Assembly: GCA_963744515.1 (NCBI GenBank)
Contig: CAVUTN010000003.1
Coordinates: forward strand, 44,703-108,702
Direction of reading: 5' to 3'
Origin: an uncultured Actinomycetes bacterium
Lineage (GTDB): Bacteria; Actinomycetota; UBA4738; HRBIN12
Length of the DNA: 64,000 nt
The position numbers were made by a program, and so were the translations under genes. This document shows, in pieces, positions 53,333 to 62,491 of this stretch. How positions within the stretch are numbered: position 1 is the first letter of the stretch; each line of letters begins with the position of its first letter. Below the pieces are notes generated by a model. The model was not told the DNA's origin and made no database searches. It worked only from the letters and a program-made list of their open reading frames with translations.

Positions 53333-54209
53333 ATGAGCGCGATCGCGCAGGAGGTCGAGAGCCAGCCCGCGTGCTGGAAGCGCGCCGCCGAGCTCGCGGC
53401 TCCGCTGCGCGACGAGCTCGGCGCCCCCGGGCGCCGGGTCGCGATCGCCGGGTGCGGCACCTCCCTCTACGTCGCCCGCGCGTCCGCGGCGCTCCGCGAG
53501 GCGAGCGGGAAGGGGGAGACGGACGCCTTCCCCGCCTCCGAGTTCCCGAGCTACCGCTCGTACGACCGGTCGTGGCGATCAGCCGGAGCGGCACGACCAC
53601 CGAGGTCGTCCAGCTCCTCGAGCGCCTCGGCGACGTGCCGCGGACGGTCGTCACCGCGGATGCCTCCTCGCCGGTGGCGTCGCTGGCCGAGACGACGATC
53701 GCCCTGGACTTCGCCGACGAGCGCTCGGTCGTGCAGACGCGGTTCGCCACGTCGGCGTTGGCGCTGTTCCGGGCGCACCTCGGTCAGGACTCGGGCGGGC
53801 GGTCGCCGACGGCGAACGCGCCCTGACCCAGCCGCTCGAACCCGAGCCGACCGGGTTCGAGCACGTCGTGTTCCTCGGCCACGGCTGGACCGTCGGGATC
53901 GCCGAGGAGGCCGCCCTCAAGCTCCGCGAGGCGACGCAGACGTACAGCGAGGCATACCCCGCCATGGAATACCGACATGGACCGATCAGCCTCGCCGGCG
54001 AGCGATCGCTCGTGTGGATCCTCGGCTCGCCCGACCCGGCCGTCGCCGACGACGTCCGGGCGACCGGCGCCACCGTGCGCGTGGCCTCGCTCGACCCGAT
54101 GGCCGAGCTGGTCCTCGTGCACCGGATGGCGATCGCGCTCGCGGAGGCCAAGGGGCTGGACCCCGACCATCCCGCGCACCTGACGCGCTCGGTGGTGTTG
54201 CCCTCGTGA
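53333..54209 (+). CDS. SIS-domain sugar-phosphate isomerase/deaminase-like protein (AgaS/FrlB-like); frameshifted
   Basis: MSAIAQEVESQPACWKRAAELAAPLRDELGAPGRRVAIAGCGTSLYVARA..; ..VVAISRSGTTTEVVQLLERL..; ..HGWTVGIAEEAALKLREATQTYSEAYPAMEYRHGP... Confidence 0.6.
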
Positions 54210-54243
54210 CCCGTTCCCGAACCCACGACCGGAGGTGCTCCTC

Positions 54244-55536
54244 GTGACACGACGACTGTTGGTGATCCTCGCCGCGCTGGGTCTGCTGGCCGGCGCCTGC
54301 ACCGGGGGTGACGACGAGAGCTCGCCGACGGGCGAGACGCCGTCGGGTCCCGTCACGCTCACGTTCTGGCACGGCTACACGGACGCCGAGGCCGACTCGC
54401 TCAACGCGCTGCTCGAGACCTGGAACTCGGAGAACCCCGACATCCAGATCGAGCCGCTGTTCGTCAACAACGACAAGGCGCTGCAGAAGCTCACCGTCGC
54501 GCTGCAGGGCGGCGAGCCGCCCGACATCACGTACCAGTACGGCTCGTCGCTCCCGCAGTTGGCCGCGGCCCCCGGGCTCGTCGACCTCACCGACTGGGTC
54601 CAGAGCCCCGAGGTGAACTGGGAGGACTTCGTCGCGGGCGCCCGGGACGCCGCGACCTTCGAGGGCAAGGTGCTCGGCGTCCCCGCGCTGATCGACAACC
54701 TCGCCGTGGTCTACAACAAGGGGCTGTTCGACCAGGCCGGGCTCGAGTACCCGAACGACCAGATGGACGTGGGACGACTTCCGGGCCGCGGCGAAGGCGC
54801 TCACCGATCCGGCCCAGAAGGTGTTCGGGTTCTCCTACCCGATGGACGCCTCCGAGGACTCCGTCTGGCACTACGACCCGCTCCTGTGGCAGAACGGCGG
54901 CTCGATCCTGACCGAGGACAACACCCAGGCCGCGTTCAACTCGCCCGAGGGCGTCGAGGCGCTCCAGGTCCTCACCGGCGATGGCCGTGGAGGACCAGTC
55001 GGTCTTCCTCGACCAGCAGAACTCGGTGTACACGGGCCTGTTCAACAGCGGCAAGATCGGGATGCTCGTGACCGGCCCCTGGGATCTCGCGAGCTTCCCC
55101 GACGTCGACTACGGCGTCGAGACCCTGCCGGGGTTCGACGGCGACCATCAGACGATCGCCGGACCCGACATGTGGACCGTGTTCGACAACGGGGGCGGGC
55201 GTGCGCAGGCGGCGCTCGACTTCGTCGCGTGGCTCACCGCGGCCGAGCAGATGAAGACGGACGCGCTGGCCACGGGCCATCTCCCGTTCCGGCTCTCGGT
55301 GATCGAGGACACCGCGTTCGTCGACGAGTTCGGCCAGACGATCCCCGGGGTCGACGTGTTCGCCGAGAACCTGGCGAACGTCGAGCAGGCGCGGCCGGTG
55401 CTCGCGGCGTACCCGCAGGTCTCCGAGGCGATGGGGCTCGCCGATCGTGGCGGCGATGCTCGGGGACAAGGATCCGCAGACCGCGCTCGACGAGGCCGCG
55501 GCGCAGGCGAACGATGCGCTCGCGCTCGCCGGGTAG
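54244..55536 (+). CDS. Sugar ABC transporter substrate-binding lipoprotein (CUT1 family); frameshifted
   Basis: GTG start with RBS GGAGGTG. VTRRLLVILAALGLLAGACTGG is a lipobox. ..VTLTFWHGYTDAEADSLNALLETWNSENPDIQIEPLFVNNDKALQKL..; ..GKIGMLVTGPWDLASF... Confidence 0.7.
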
Positions 55537-55613
55537 GCTGCGGCGGGTCCGGCGGAAGGCGACGCAAAAGGAGGTCACGCCAAGAGGGCACGCCAAGAGG
55601 TCGTGGAGGACGG

Positions 55614-56522
55614 GTGGATCGGTTCCGGCGGTTCCTGGTCTCGGATCACGCCGCCGGCTGGGCCTTCATCCTGCCCTCGGTGATCCTGATCACCGTCTTC
55701 GGGATCATCCCGATCGTCTGGGGGCTGGTCCTGTCGTTCCAGAAGGCGGGCCTGATCTCGCCCGAACGCGAGTGGGTGGGGCTCGGCAACTACGCGAAGA
55801 TCGCGAGCGACCCGAAGGCGCGGCAGGCGGCGGTCAACACGATCTACTACACGGCGTTGTTCGTCCCGATCTCGATCCTCGTGTCCCTGTTCATCGCCCA
55901 CGCGCTGAACCGCAGGATCGCGTTCGTCCGCTTCTACCGCCTCGCGGTGTTCATCCCGGTGGTCACGTCGACGATCGCGACCGGGATCATGTTCCTGTGG
56001 CTGTTCGACAAGAACTACGGCTTGGCGAACTGGTTGCTCGGCAAGGTCGGGCTCGGGCCGTTCGGGTTCTTCGAGGATCCCAACCAGGCGATGATCGCGT
56101 TGGTCCTGATGACGGTGTGGGGCTGGCTCGGGTTCGACACGATCATCTACCTCGCCGCGCTGCAGGGCGTGCCGCAGGAGCTGCTCGAGGCGGCGTCGAT
56201 CGACGGCGCGAGCCGGTGGAGCTCGTTCTGGCGCGTGACGTGGCCGATGCTCGGGCCGGCGACCCTGCTGCTGGTCGTGTGGTCGACGATCAGCGCGCTC
56301 CAGCTGTTCGACGAGGTCTTCTTCGTGACCCACGGCGGGCCGCTCGGCCGAACGTCGGTCGTCGTGTTCTACGTCTACCGGCTGGCGTTCGAGCAGGGCC
56401 TCGGGAGCCTGTCCCTCGCCGGGTACGCGGCCGCGATCGCCTACGTGCTCTTCCTCGTGATCCTGGTGCTCACCCTGGCGCAGTTCTGGCTGGGCCGGCG
56501 GGTCGTCCACTACTCGTCATGA
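55614..56522 (+). CDS. Sugar ABC transporter permease (MalF/UgpA-like)
   Basis: ..FLVSDHAAGWAFILPSVILITVFGIIPIVWGLVLSFQKAG...LQGVPQELLEAASIDGASRWSSFWRVTWPMLGPA... The start is uncertain (GTG 55614); a 13-bp tandem duplication sits just upstream. Confidence 0.7.
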   Translation: MDRFRRFLVSDHAAGWAFILPSVILITVFGIIPIVWGLVLSFQKAGLISPEREWVGLGNYAKIASDPKARQAAVNTIYYTALFVPISILVSLFIAHALNRRIAFVRFYRLAVFIPVVTSTIATGIMFLWLFDKNYGLANWLLGKVGLGPFGFFEDPNQAMIALVLMTVWGWLGFDTIIYLAALQGVPQELLEAASIDGASRWSSFWRVTWPMLGPATLLLVVWSTISALQLFDEVFFVTHGGPLGRTSVVVFYVYRLAFEQGLGSLSLAGYAAAIAYVLFLVILVLTLAQFWLGRRVVHYSS

Positions 56523-57430
56523 GCGCCGTCGCCGAGGCTCCCGCCGTTCGGACCCGTCTCGACCCGCGCGAGCTGTCCGGCGAGACCGGGATGGTCGAAC
56601 GCCCGCGCAGGCGCTTCCTGCCGTTCGACCCATGGCACCTGTTCCTCGCGCCGCTCGCGGCCGTGATGCTGCTGCCGCTGCTGTGGATGGTGGTGACGTC
56701 GCTCGAGACCGAGGCGCAGACCTTCCACTTCCCGCCGATCCTGTGGCCGGGGACGCCGCGGTTCGGGAACTACCTGGACGTGATCCGCGACTCGGCGTTC
56801 GCGAGGTGGTTCTGGAACACCACGGTCGTGACCGTCACCGTCGTGGCCAGCAACCTCGTGCTGTGCACGCTCGCGGCGTACGCCTTCGCGAGGATCCGGT
56901 TCCTCGGACGGGCGTTCGTGTACTTCGTGATCCTCGCGACGCTGATGGTGCCGCTGCAGGTCGTGCTGATCCCCACGTTCCTGATCGTGAAGGACCTGGG
57001 GCTGCTCGATCGGCTCGGCGCGCTCGTCGTGCCGAACCTGGTCAACGTGTTCGGGATCTTCCTGCTCACCCAGTTCTTCCGAACCCTGCCGATCGATCTC
57101 GAGGAGGCGGCGCGGATCGACGGCGCCTCGCGGCTCTCGATCCTGCTGCGGATCGTCGTGCCGTTGTCGCTGCCGGCGCTCGCGACGCTGGCGGTGATCC
57201 TGTTCCTGTGGACGTGGAACGACTTCCTGTGGCCGCTCGTGACGATCCTGACGAACCAGGACGCGTTCACCCTGCAGCTCGGGCTCGCGACCTTCCAGGG
57301 CGCCCACAGTACCCAGTGGCACCTGGTCGCCGCCGCGAACATCATGTCGATGCTGCCGATGATCGTGCTCTTCCTGCTCGCCCAGCGGTACTTCGTGCGC
57401 GGCATCGCCACCCAGGGACTGAAGGGCTAG
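56518..57430 (+). CDS. Sugar ABC transporter permease (MalG/UgpE-like)
   Basis: Intact: ..LPIDLEEAARIDGASRLSILLRIVVPLSLPALATLAVILFLWTWNDFLWPL... The ATG overlaps the upstream stop (ATGA). Confidence 0.85.
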
Positions 57431-57434
57431 CGCG

Positions 57435-58565
57435 GTGGCCCGGGTCGCGTTCGACGGCGTCACGAAGGTGTACCCGGGATCGGTCGTCGCGGTCGACGAC
57501 CTCACGCTCGAGGTGGCCGACGGCGAGTTCCTGATCCTGGTCGGGCCGTCCGGGTGCGGGAAGTCGACCGCGCTGCGGATGGTGGCCGGGCTCGAACGGA
57601 TCAGCGAGGGCACGATCTCGATCGGCGACCGCGTCGTGAACGAGGTGCCGCCCAAGGACCGCGACATCGCGATGGTGTTCCAGAACTACGCGCTCTATCC
57701 GCACATGACGGTCGAGAAGAACCTCGGGTTCGGCCTGCGGCGGCGGCGAACGCCGCGCGAGGACGTCGGCCGCAGGGTCGCCGAGGTCAGCCGGATGCTC
57801 GGGCTCGACGGCCTGCTCCGGCGTCGCCCCGGGCAGCTCTCGGGCGGGCAGCGGCAGCGGGTGGCGATGGGTCGCGCCCTCGTGCGAGAACCCGAGGTGT
57901 TCCTGCTCGACGAGCCCCTGTCGAATCTCGACGCCAAGCTCCGCGTCCAGATGCGGTCCGAACTCAAGCGGCTCCACGAGCGCATCGGCGTCACGACGAT
58001 CTACGTGACCCACGACCAGGTCGAGGCGATCACGCTCGGGGAGCGGATCGCCGTGCTCTCCGACGGCGTGCTGCAACAGGTGGGGCCGCCGCAGGACGTC
58101 TACGACCACCCGGCGAATGTGTTCGTGGCCGGGTTCATCGGCTCGCCCCCGATGAACCTGCTGACCGGGATCTCGCGCGACGGCCGTGTATCGGTCGGCG
58201 ACGTCGAGCTCGATGACGTGGCGGCGCCCGACGGCGAGGTCCTGGTCGGCATCCGCCCCGAGGGTCTGCGCCCGGTGGGGCAGGGGCACGGCGGGCCGGC
58301 GTTCGAGGTCTGCGTCGACGTGGTCGAGCCGCTCGGGGACGAGGTCCTCGTGCACGGCTCGGTGGCGGCGCCGGCCGGCGTCGCAGCGACCGAACCCGAG
58401 GAGGGGATCCTCGCGACCGAGACCGAGACCGGCCGCGCGAACGTGATCGTCCGGCTCCCGCCCGAGGACCGCCCGGGTGCCGGCTCGATCCTCCGCGTCG
58501 CGATCGCGCCGAACGCCCTCCGCCTGTTCGACCCGGCGAGCGGCCGGGCCATCCCGAAGGCCTGA
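57435..58565 (+). CDS. Sugar ABC transporter ATP-binding protein (MalK/MsiK/UgpC family)
   Basis: Intact: GPSGCGKST; LSGGQRQRVAMGRAL; LLDEPLSNLD; plus a C-terminal TOBE-like domain. Confidence 0.85.
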   Translation: MARVAFDGVTKVYPGSVVAVDDLTLEVADGEFLILVGPSGCGKSTALRMVAGLERISEGTISIGDRVVNEVPPKDRDIAMVFQNYALYPHMTVEKNLGFGLRRRRTPREDVGRRVAEVSRMLGLDGLLRRRPGQLSGGQRQRVAMGRALVREPEVFLLDEPLSNLDAKLRVQMRSELKRLHERIGVTTIYVTHDQVEAITLGERIAVLSDGVLQQVGPPQDVYDHPANVFVAGFIGSPPMNLLTGISRDGRVSVGDVELDDVAAPDGEVLVGIRPEGLRPVGQGHGGPAFEVCVDVVEPLGDEVLVHGSVAAPAGVAATEPEEGILATETETGRANVIVRLPPEDRPGAGSILRVAIAPNALRLFDPASGRAIPKA

Positions 58566-58569
58566 CGCC

Positions 58570-59499
58570 TCAAGCCTGCGCGAGGAGCGCGAGGACCTCG
58601 TCCATCGTCGGCTGCGCATCCACGCCGCCGACGGCCCGCGTCGAGAGCGCGCCGCAGGCGTTCGCGATCGCGAGCGACCGTTCGAGCGGGTCGCCGGCGA
58701 GCATCGAGGCCAGGTACCCGGCGTCGAACGCATCCCCGGCCCCGGTGGTGTCGAGCGCGTCGACCGGGGGGCGCCGGCACGGACCAGGCGTTCGCCGTGG
58801 GCCGCGACGGCGCCCTCGGCGCCCGCCTTCGCGACGACGATGCCGGCGCGTTCGGCGAGCGCGAGCACCGCGTCGTCCGAGCTTCGGCACGTCCGCGATG
58901 CGGGCGGCCTCGGTCGCGTTCGGCAGGAAGAGGTCGATGTGGCCGAGCAGGTCGCGCAGCCCGCCGGTCCCACCGTTCGGCCGGGTCCCAGTTGGGATCG
59001 ACCGACGTGGTGGCGCCGTGGGCGCGGACGCGTTCGAACAGCGAGGGGAGCTCCGGCGCGAGGCGTTCCTGCAGGAAGTACGAGCTCACGTGCACGTGCC
59101 GGGCGCGTTCGAGCCGTCAGGGTCGATCAGGTCGGTCCGCAGGGCCGCGATCGTCCCCGCGTGGGTGAGGATCGCGCGGTCGTTCGGGCGGGCGAGGACG
59201 ACGGTGACGCCGGTCGGCCTGGCCTCGTCGACGACGAGCCCGCCGACGTCCACCCCGCGGCGCTCGAGCTCGTCGCTGAGGAAGCGACCGAAGGGGTCGT
59301 CGCCCACGACGCCGCAGAAGCCGACGCGGAGCCCGAGCCGGGCAGCGCCGGCCGCGACGATCGCTCCGGAGCCGCCGACCGTGAGCCGCGCCTCGTCGAC
59401 GAGCCGCTCGGCCTGTCCGAACTCGGGCTCCACGTCCCCCGTCAGCACGAGGTCGGGGTTCGCGTCGCCGAGCACGAGGAGATCGAACCGGTCGGACAC
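58570..59499 (-). CDS. PfkB-family carbohydrate kinase (ribokinase/2-keto-3-deoxygluconokinase-like); multiple frame changes
   Basis: MSDRFDLLVLGDANPDLVLTGD..GGSGAIVAAGAARLGLRVGFCGVVGDD..; the C-terminus ..ALDTTGAGDAFDAGYLASMLAG.. is in another frame. Confidence 0.6.
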
Positions 59500-59591
59500 G
59501 CCCGGACGATACCCGAGGCCGCCTCCACGGTCGTCCCAAGGTGCCCGACTACGATGCCGAGAGGCGCGAGGGCGAGGAGGGTTGGCCGCGG

Positions 59592-60253
59592 ATGGACGCC
59601 GAGATCGCTCGTCAGAGGTTCGAACGAGAGCACGATCCCTCGCGCGTCCTGGCGCTGACCGACGGGGTCATCGCGATCATCATCACGCTTGCTCGTGCTC
59701 GAGATCCACGTCCCCGAGCTGGCCAACGGTGAGTCGCTCAGGGAGGCCCTGCAGGAGGTCCGGCCCTCGTTCTTCGCGTTCTTCATCAGCTTCGTCGTGG
59801 TCGCGATCTCGTGGGCCGGTCACCGAGACCTGTTCGTGCTGATCCGGCGCACCGACCGGTTGCTCGTCTGGCTCAACGTCCTGTTCCTGCTCCCGCTGTG
59901 CATCATCCCGTTCGGCGCCTCGATGCTGGCGAGCTACGAGAACGCGGCGATCGCGCTGCAGATGTACGGGGTGCTCCTGCTCGCGGTCGCGGCCACGAGG
60001 CTCGGCATCTGGTGGTACGCGACGGGGCGGCCGCATCTCCTGTACGAACCGATCGACGCCCCGTCACGGCGAGCGGGCGTGTGGATCGTCGTGGCTCCGG
60101 CGAGCGCCTACCTGGCGGCGATCCTCGTCGCGGGTCCGGCCCCCGTCGTGAGCCGGGTGATCTACGCCGTGGTCCCGGCCGCGTACTTCGTCCTGGTCTG
60201 GCGGCTGCGCCACTCGGCGCTGCCGGGGGCGGCCGAAGCGCGACTTCACCTAG
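59592..60253 (+). CDS. TMEM175/DUF1211-family membrane protein (putative K+ channel homolog); frameshifted
   Basis: MDAEIARQRFEREHDPSRVLALTDGVIAIIITL.. then ..LVLEIHVPEL..FFAFFISFVVVAISWAGHRDLF..LVWLNVLFLLPLCIIPF... Confidence 0.6.
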
Positions 60254-60255
60254 CT

Positions 60256-61165
60256 CAGCCGACGCTCTCGACCGGCTGCCAGTCCGCGAAGAAGTCGAAC
60301 TTCCCGGAGGTCAGCCGGGTGGCCGAGGAGCCGTCGGCCGGCATCACCCACAGGCCGAACCGGTCGCCGGGCCCTCGCGCGTGAACGCGATCGTCGTGCC
60401 GTCGGGCGAGAAGACCGAGCCGAACTCGAGCCGCTTGCTCTCGGTGAGCCGGGTCTGGTTCGAGCCGTCGGCGTCCATCGACCAGATGTCCTTGCCGTTA
60501 CGCGAGAACGTGATCGAGGAGCCGTCGGGCGACCAGTCGGGGCGTTCGTCCACCTTCGTGCCGGTGGTGAGGCGCACGGGGTTCGAGCCGTCGGGGTCCA
60601 TGACCCAGATGTCGTCCAGGGCTGCGCGGTCGCTGGTGAACGCGATCTTGGTGCCGTCGGGTGACCACTCGGGGAACGCGTCGAAGATGCCGTTGGTCGT
60701 CGTGAGCTGCGTCGGGTTCCCGCCGTCGGCGTCCATCACCCAGATGTCCTGGAAGTCGTCGGAGGCGTCCGTCGTGAACGCGATCTGGGTGCCGTCGGGT
60801 GACCACGCCGGCCAGGTCTCGATGTCGTTGGGGGTGGGTGTGAGCCGGGTCGCGTTGCTCCCGTCCGCGTCCATCACCCAGATGTCGCAGTTGCCGAGCT
60901 TCGACGGGGTGCAGCGGATGAACGCGATCTGCGTGCCGTCCGCGTTCCAGTCGGCGAGGCCCTCGTTCCGCTGCGGCGAATCGGTGAGCCGCGTCAACGC
61001 CGACGTGAGGGGATCGAGCTTCCACAGGTCGTTCTGACCGTGCGTGAACCGAGCGAACACGAGGTCGCCGTTGGCTCCGGGGAACGCCGCGTCCGCGGGG
61101 GAGGCGGGCAGGGACAGCGCGGCGACGGTCAGGACGGCGCCGGCGATCGACAGGGTGCGCCTCAT
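60256..61165 (-). CDS. Secreted TolB-like/PD40 beta-propeller repeat protein; C-terminal frame change
   Basis: MRRTLSIAGAVLTVAALSLPASPADA is a signal peptide. Repeated ..SPDGTQIAF..DIWVMDADGSN..RLT.. blades follow. Confidence 0.65.
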
Positions 61166-61256
61166 GGGGTCGACCTCCTGATGGGCGGTTCCTCAGCGTA
61201 CCGGGTCGGGGATGGTGCACGATGGACACGTCCCGTTCGAGGGAGAGGAGGTCCGG

Positions 61257-61400
61257 ATGAACTGCGGGCACGAGAGCTGCCACTGCCAGGTCGACGAGGC
61301 CGGCGGGTTCTGCAGCGACTACTGCCGCGATCACGCGAGCCAGGGGTCGCACGAGGGCCACGCCTGCGAGTGCGGGCACCCCGCCTGCACCGCGGCCTGA
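61257..61400 (+). CDS. Cys/His-rich small metal-binding (metallothionein-like) protein, 47 aa
   Basis: RBS GGAGAGGAGG is 6 nt upstream. MNCGHESCHCQVDEAGGFCSDYCRDHASQGSHEGHACECGHPACTAA has 9 Cys and 7 His. Confidence 0.55.
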   Translation: MNCGHESCHCQVDEAGGFCSDYCRDHASQGSHEGHACECGHPACTAA

Positions 61401-61694
61401 GTTCGAGACCGGCGTAGACTGCATCGCCGACTGGGGAGGAGACGCCATGTCGATGCAGGGACCGGGTGGTTCCGGGGGCCGCGATCTGGGAGCCCAACGC
61501 ATGGGTGCCCAGGAGGAGCAGCTCCGGCAAGGAGGCTCAGCAGGAGCAGCTCGCGCACGAGGCCGACCGCATCCACGCCGAAGAGGCCGCGGAGCGGGGC
61601 GAAGCTCCCGCGAAGAAGCGCCCCTGGTGGAAGTTCTGGGCCTGAGACCCTGACGATCACGCCCGGATCGCTCGTCGGATCCGCACCGGCCGGC

Positions 61695-62405
61695 GTGGGC
61701 GTTCGGAGATCGGTCGTCCTGGTCGCGTTGGTCGCGTTCGTCCTCGGTTCGACGCCCGTGTCCGCGGCGCCGACCGTCGACGAACGGGAGCTGCTCGGCG
61801 AGTCGGTCGAGGGCCGGCCGATCCGCGTCGTCCATCGCGGCGACCCGGACGAGATCCGCGTGCTCGTGGTCGGATGCATCCACGGCGACGAGTGCGCGGG
61901 GGTCCGGATCGCGCGACGCCTGCGGATCGGTCGTCCGCGCGGCTTCCTCGACCTGTGGATCCTCCCGACGCTGAACCCCGACGGCCGCGCCGCGCACACG
62001 CGGCAGAACGCGCGCGGCGTGGACCTGAACCGCAACTTCCCGTACCGCTGGCGGCGCGGGCCGCGCGGCCGCTACTACCCGGGCCGGCGCCCGGCGTCCG
62101 AACCCGAGACGCGGATCGCGATGCGCCTGATCCGGCGGATCGAGCCCGACATCACGATCTGGTTCCACCAGCCGCTCGCGCTCGTCGACGCGTCGGGCGA
62201 CGTGCGGCTCGAGCGGCGATACGCGCGCCTGGTCGGTCTGCCGCTCGTCCACCTCGAACGGCTCCACGGGACGGCGACCTCGTGGCAGAAGCACGTCCTG
62301 CGAGGCACCGAGGCGTTCGTGGTCGAGCTCCCGGGCGGGCCGCTCCGACCTCGCCGAGCCCGCGTGTTCGCCCGGGCCGTGTACCGCCTCGTCGAACCGC
62401 GGTAG
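61695..62405 (+). CDS. Secreted M14-family zinc carboxypeptidase (gamma-D-glutamyl-DAP peptidase / succinylglutamate desuccinylase-like)
   Basis: Intact. Signal peptide MGVRRSVVLVALVAFVLGSTPVSA; ..VVGCIHGDECAG..NPDG.. zinc-ligand motif; GTG start. Confidence 0.75.
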   Translation: MGVRRSVVLVALVAFVLGSTPVSAAPTVDERELLGESVEGRPIRVVHRGDPDEIRVLVVGCIHGDECAGVRIARRLRIGRPRGFLDLWILPTLNPDGRAAHTRQNARGVDLNRNFPYRWRRGPRGRYYPGRRPASEPETRIAMRLIRRIEPDITIWFHQPLALVDASGDVRLERRYARLVGLPLVHLERLHGTATSWQKHVLRGTEAFVVELPGGPLRPRRARVFARAVYRLVEPR

Positions 62406-62491
62406 GCAACCGCCGGCTCGGGTCCGGTGCCGAGCGTCGCGACGCGGGACCTGAGCGCCTATCGTTGCGGCGAGCGAGCGACGCGGGAGGC

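Noticed and set aside
61447-61653. A 68-aa ORF following the metallothionein-like gene.
   Set aside because: It is Gly/Arg-rich in the listed frame. A more protein-like C-terminus (…AEEAAERGEAPAKKRPWWKFWA) needs a frame change, and there is no clear RBS, so it is mentioned only as a possible small gene rather than called confidently.
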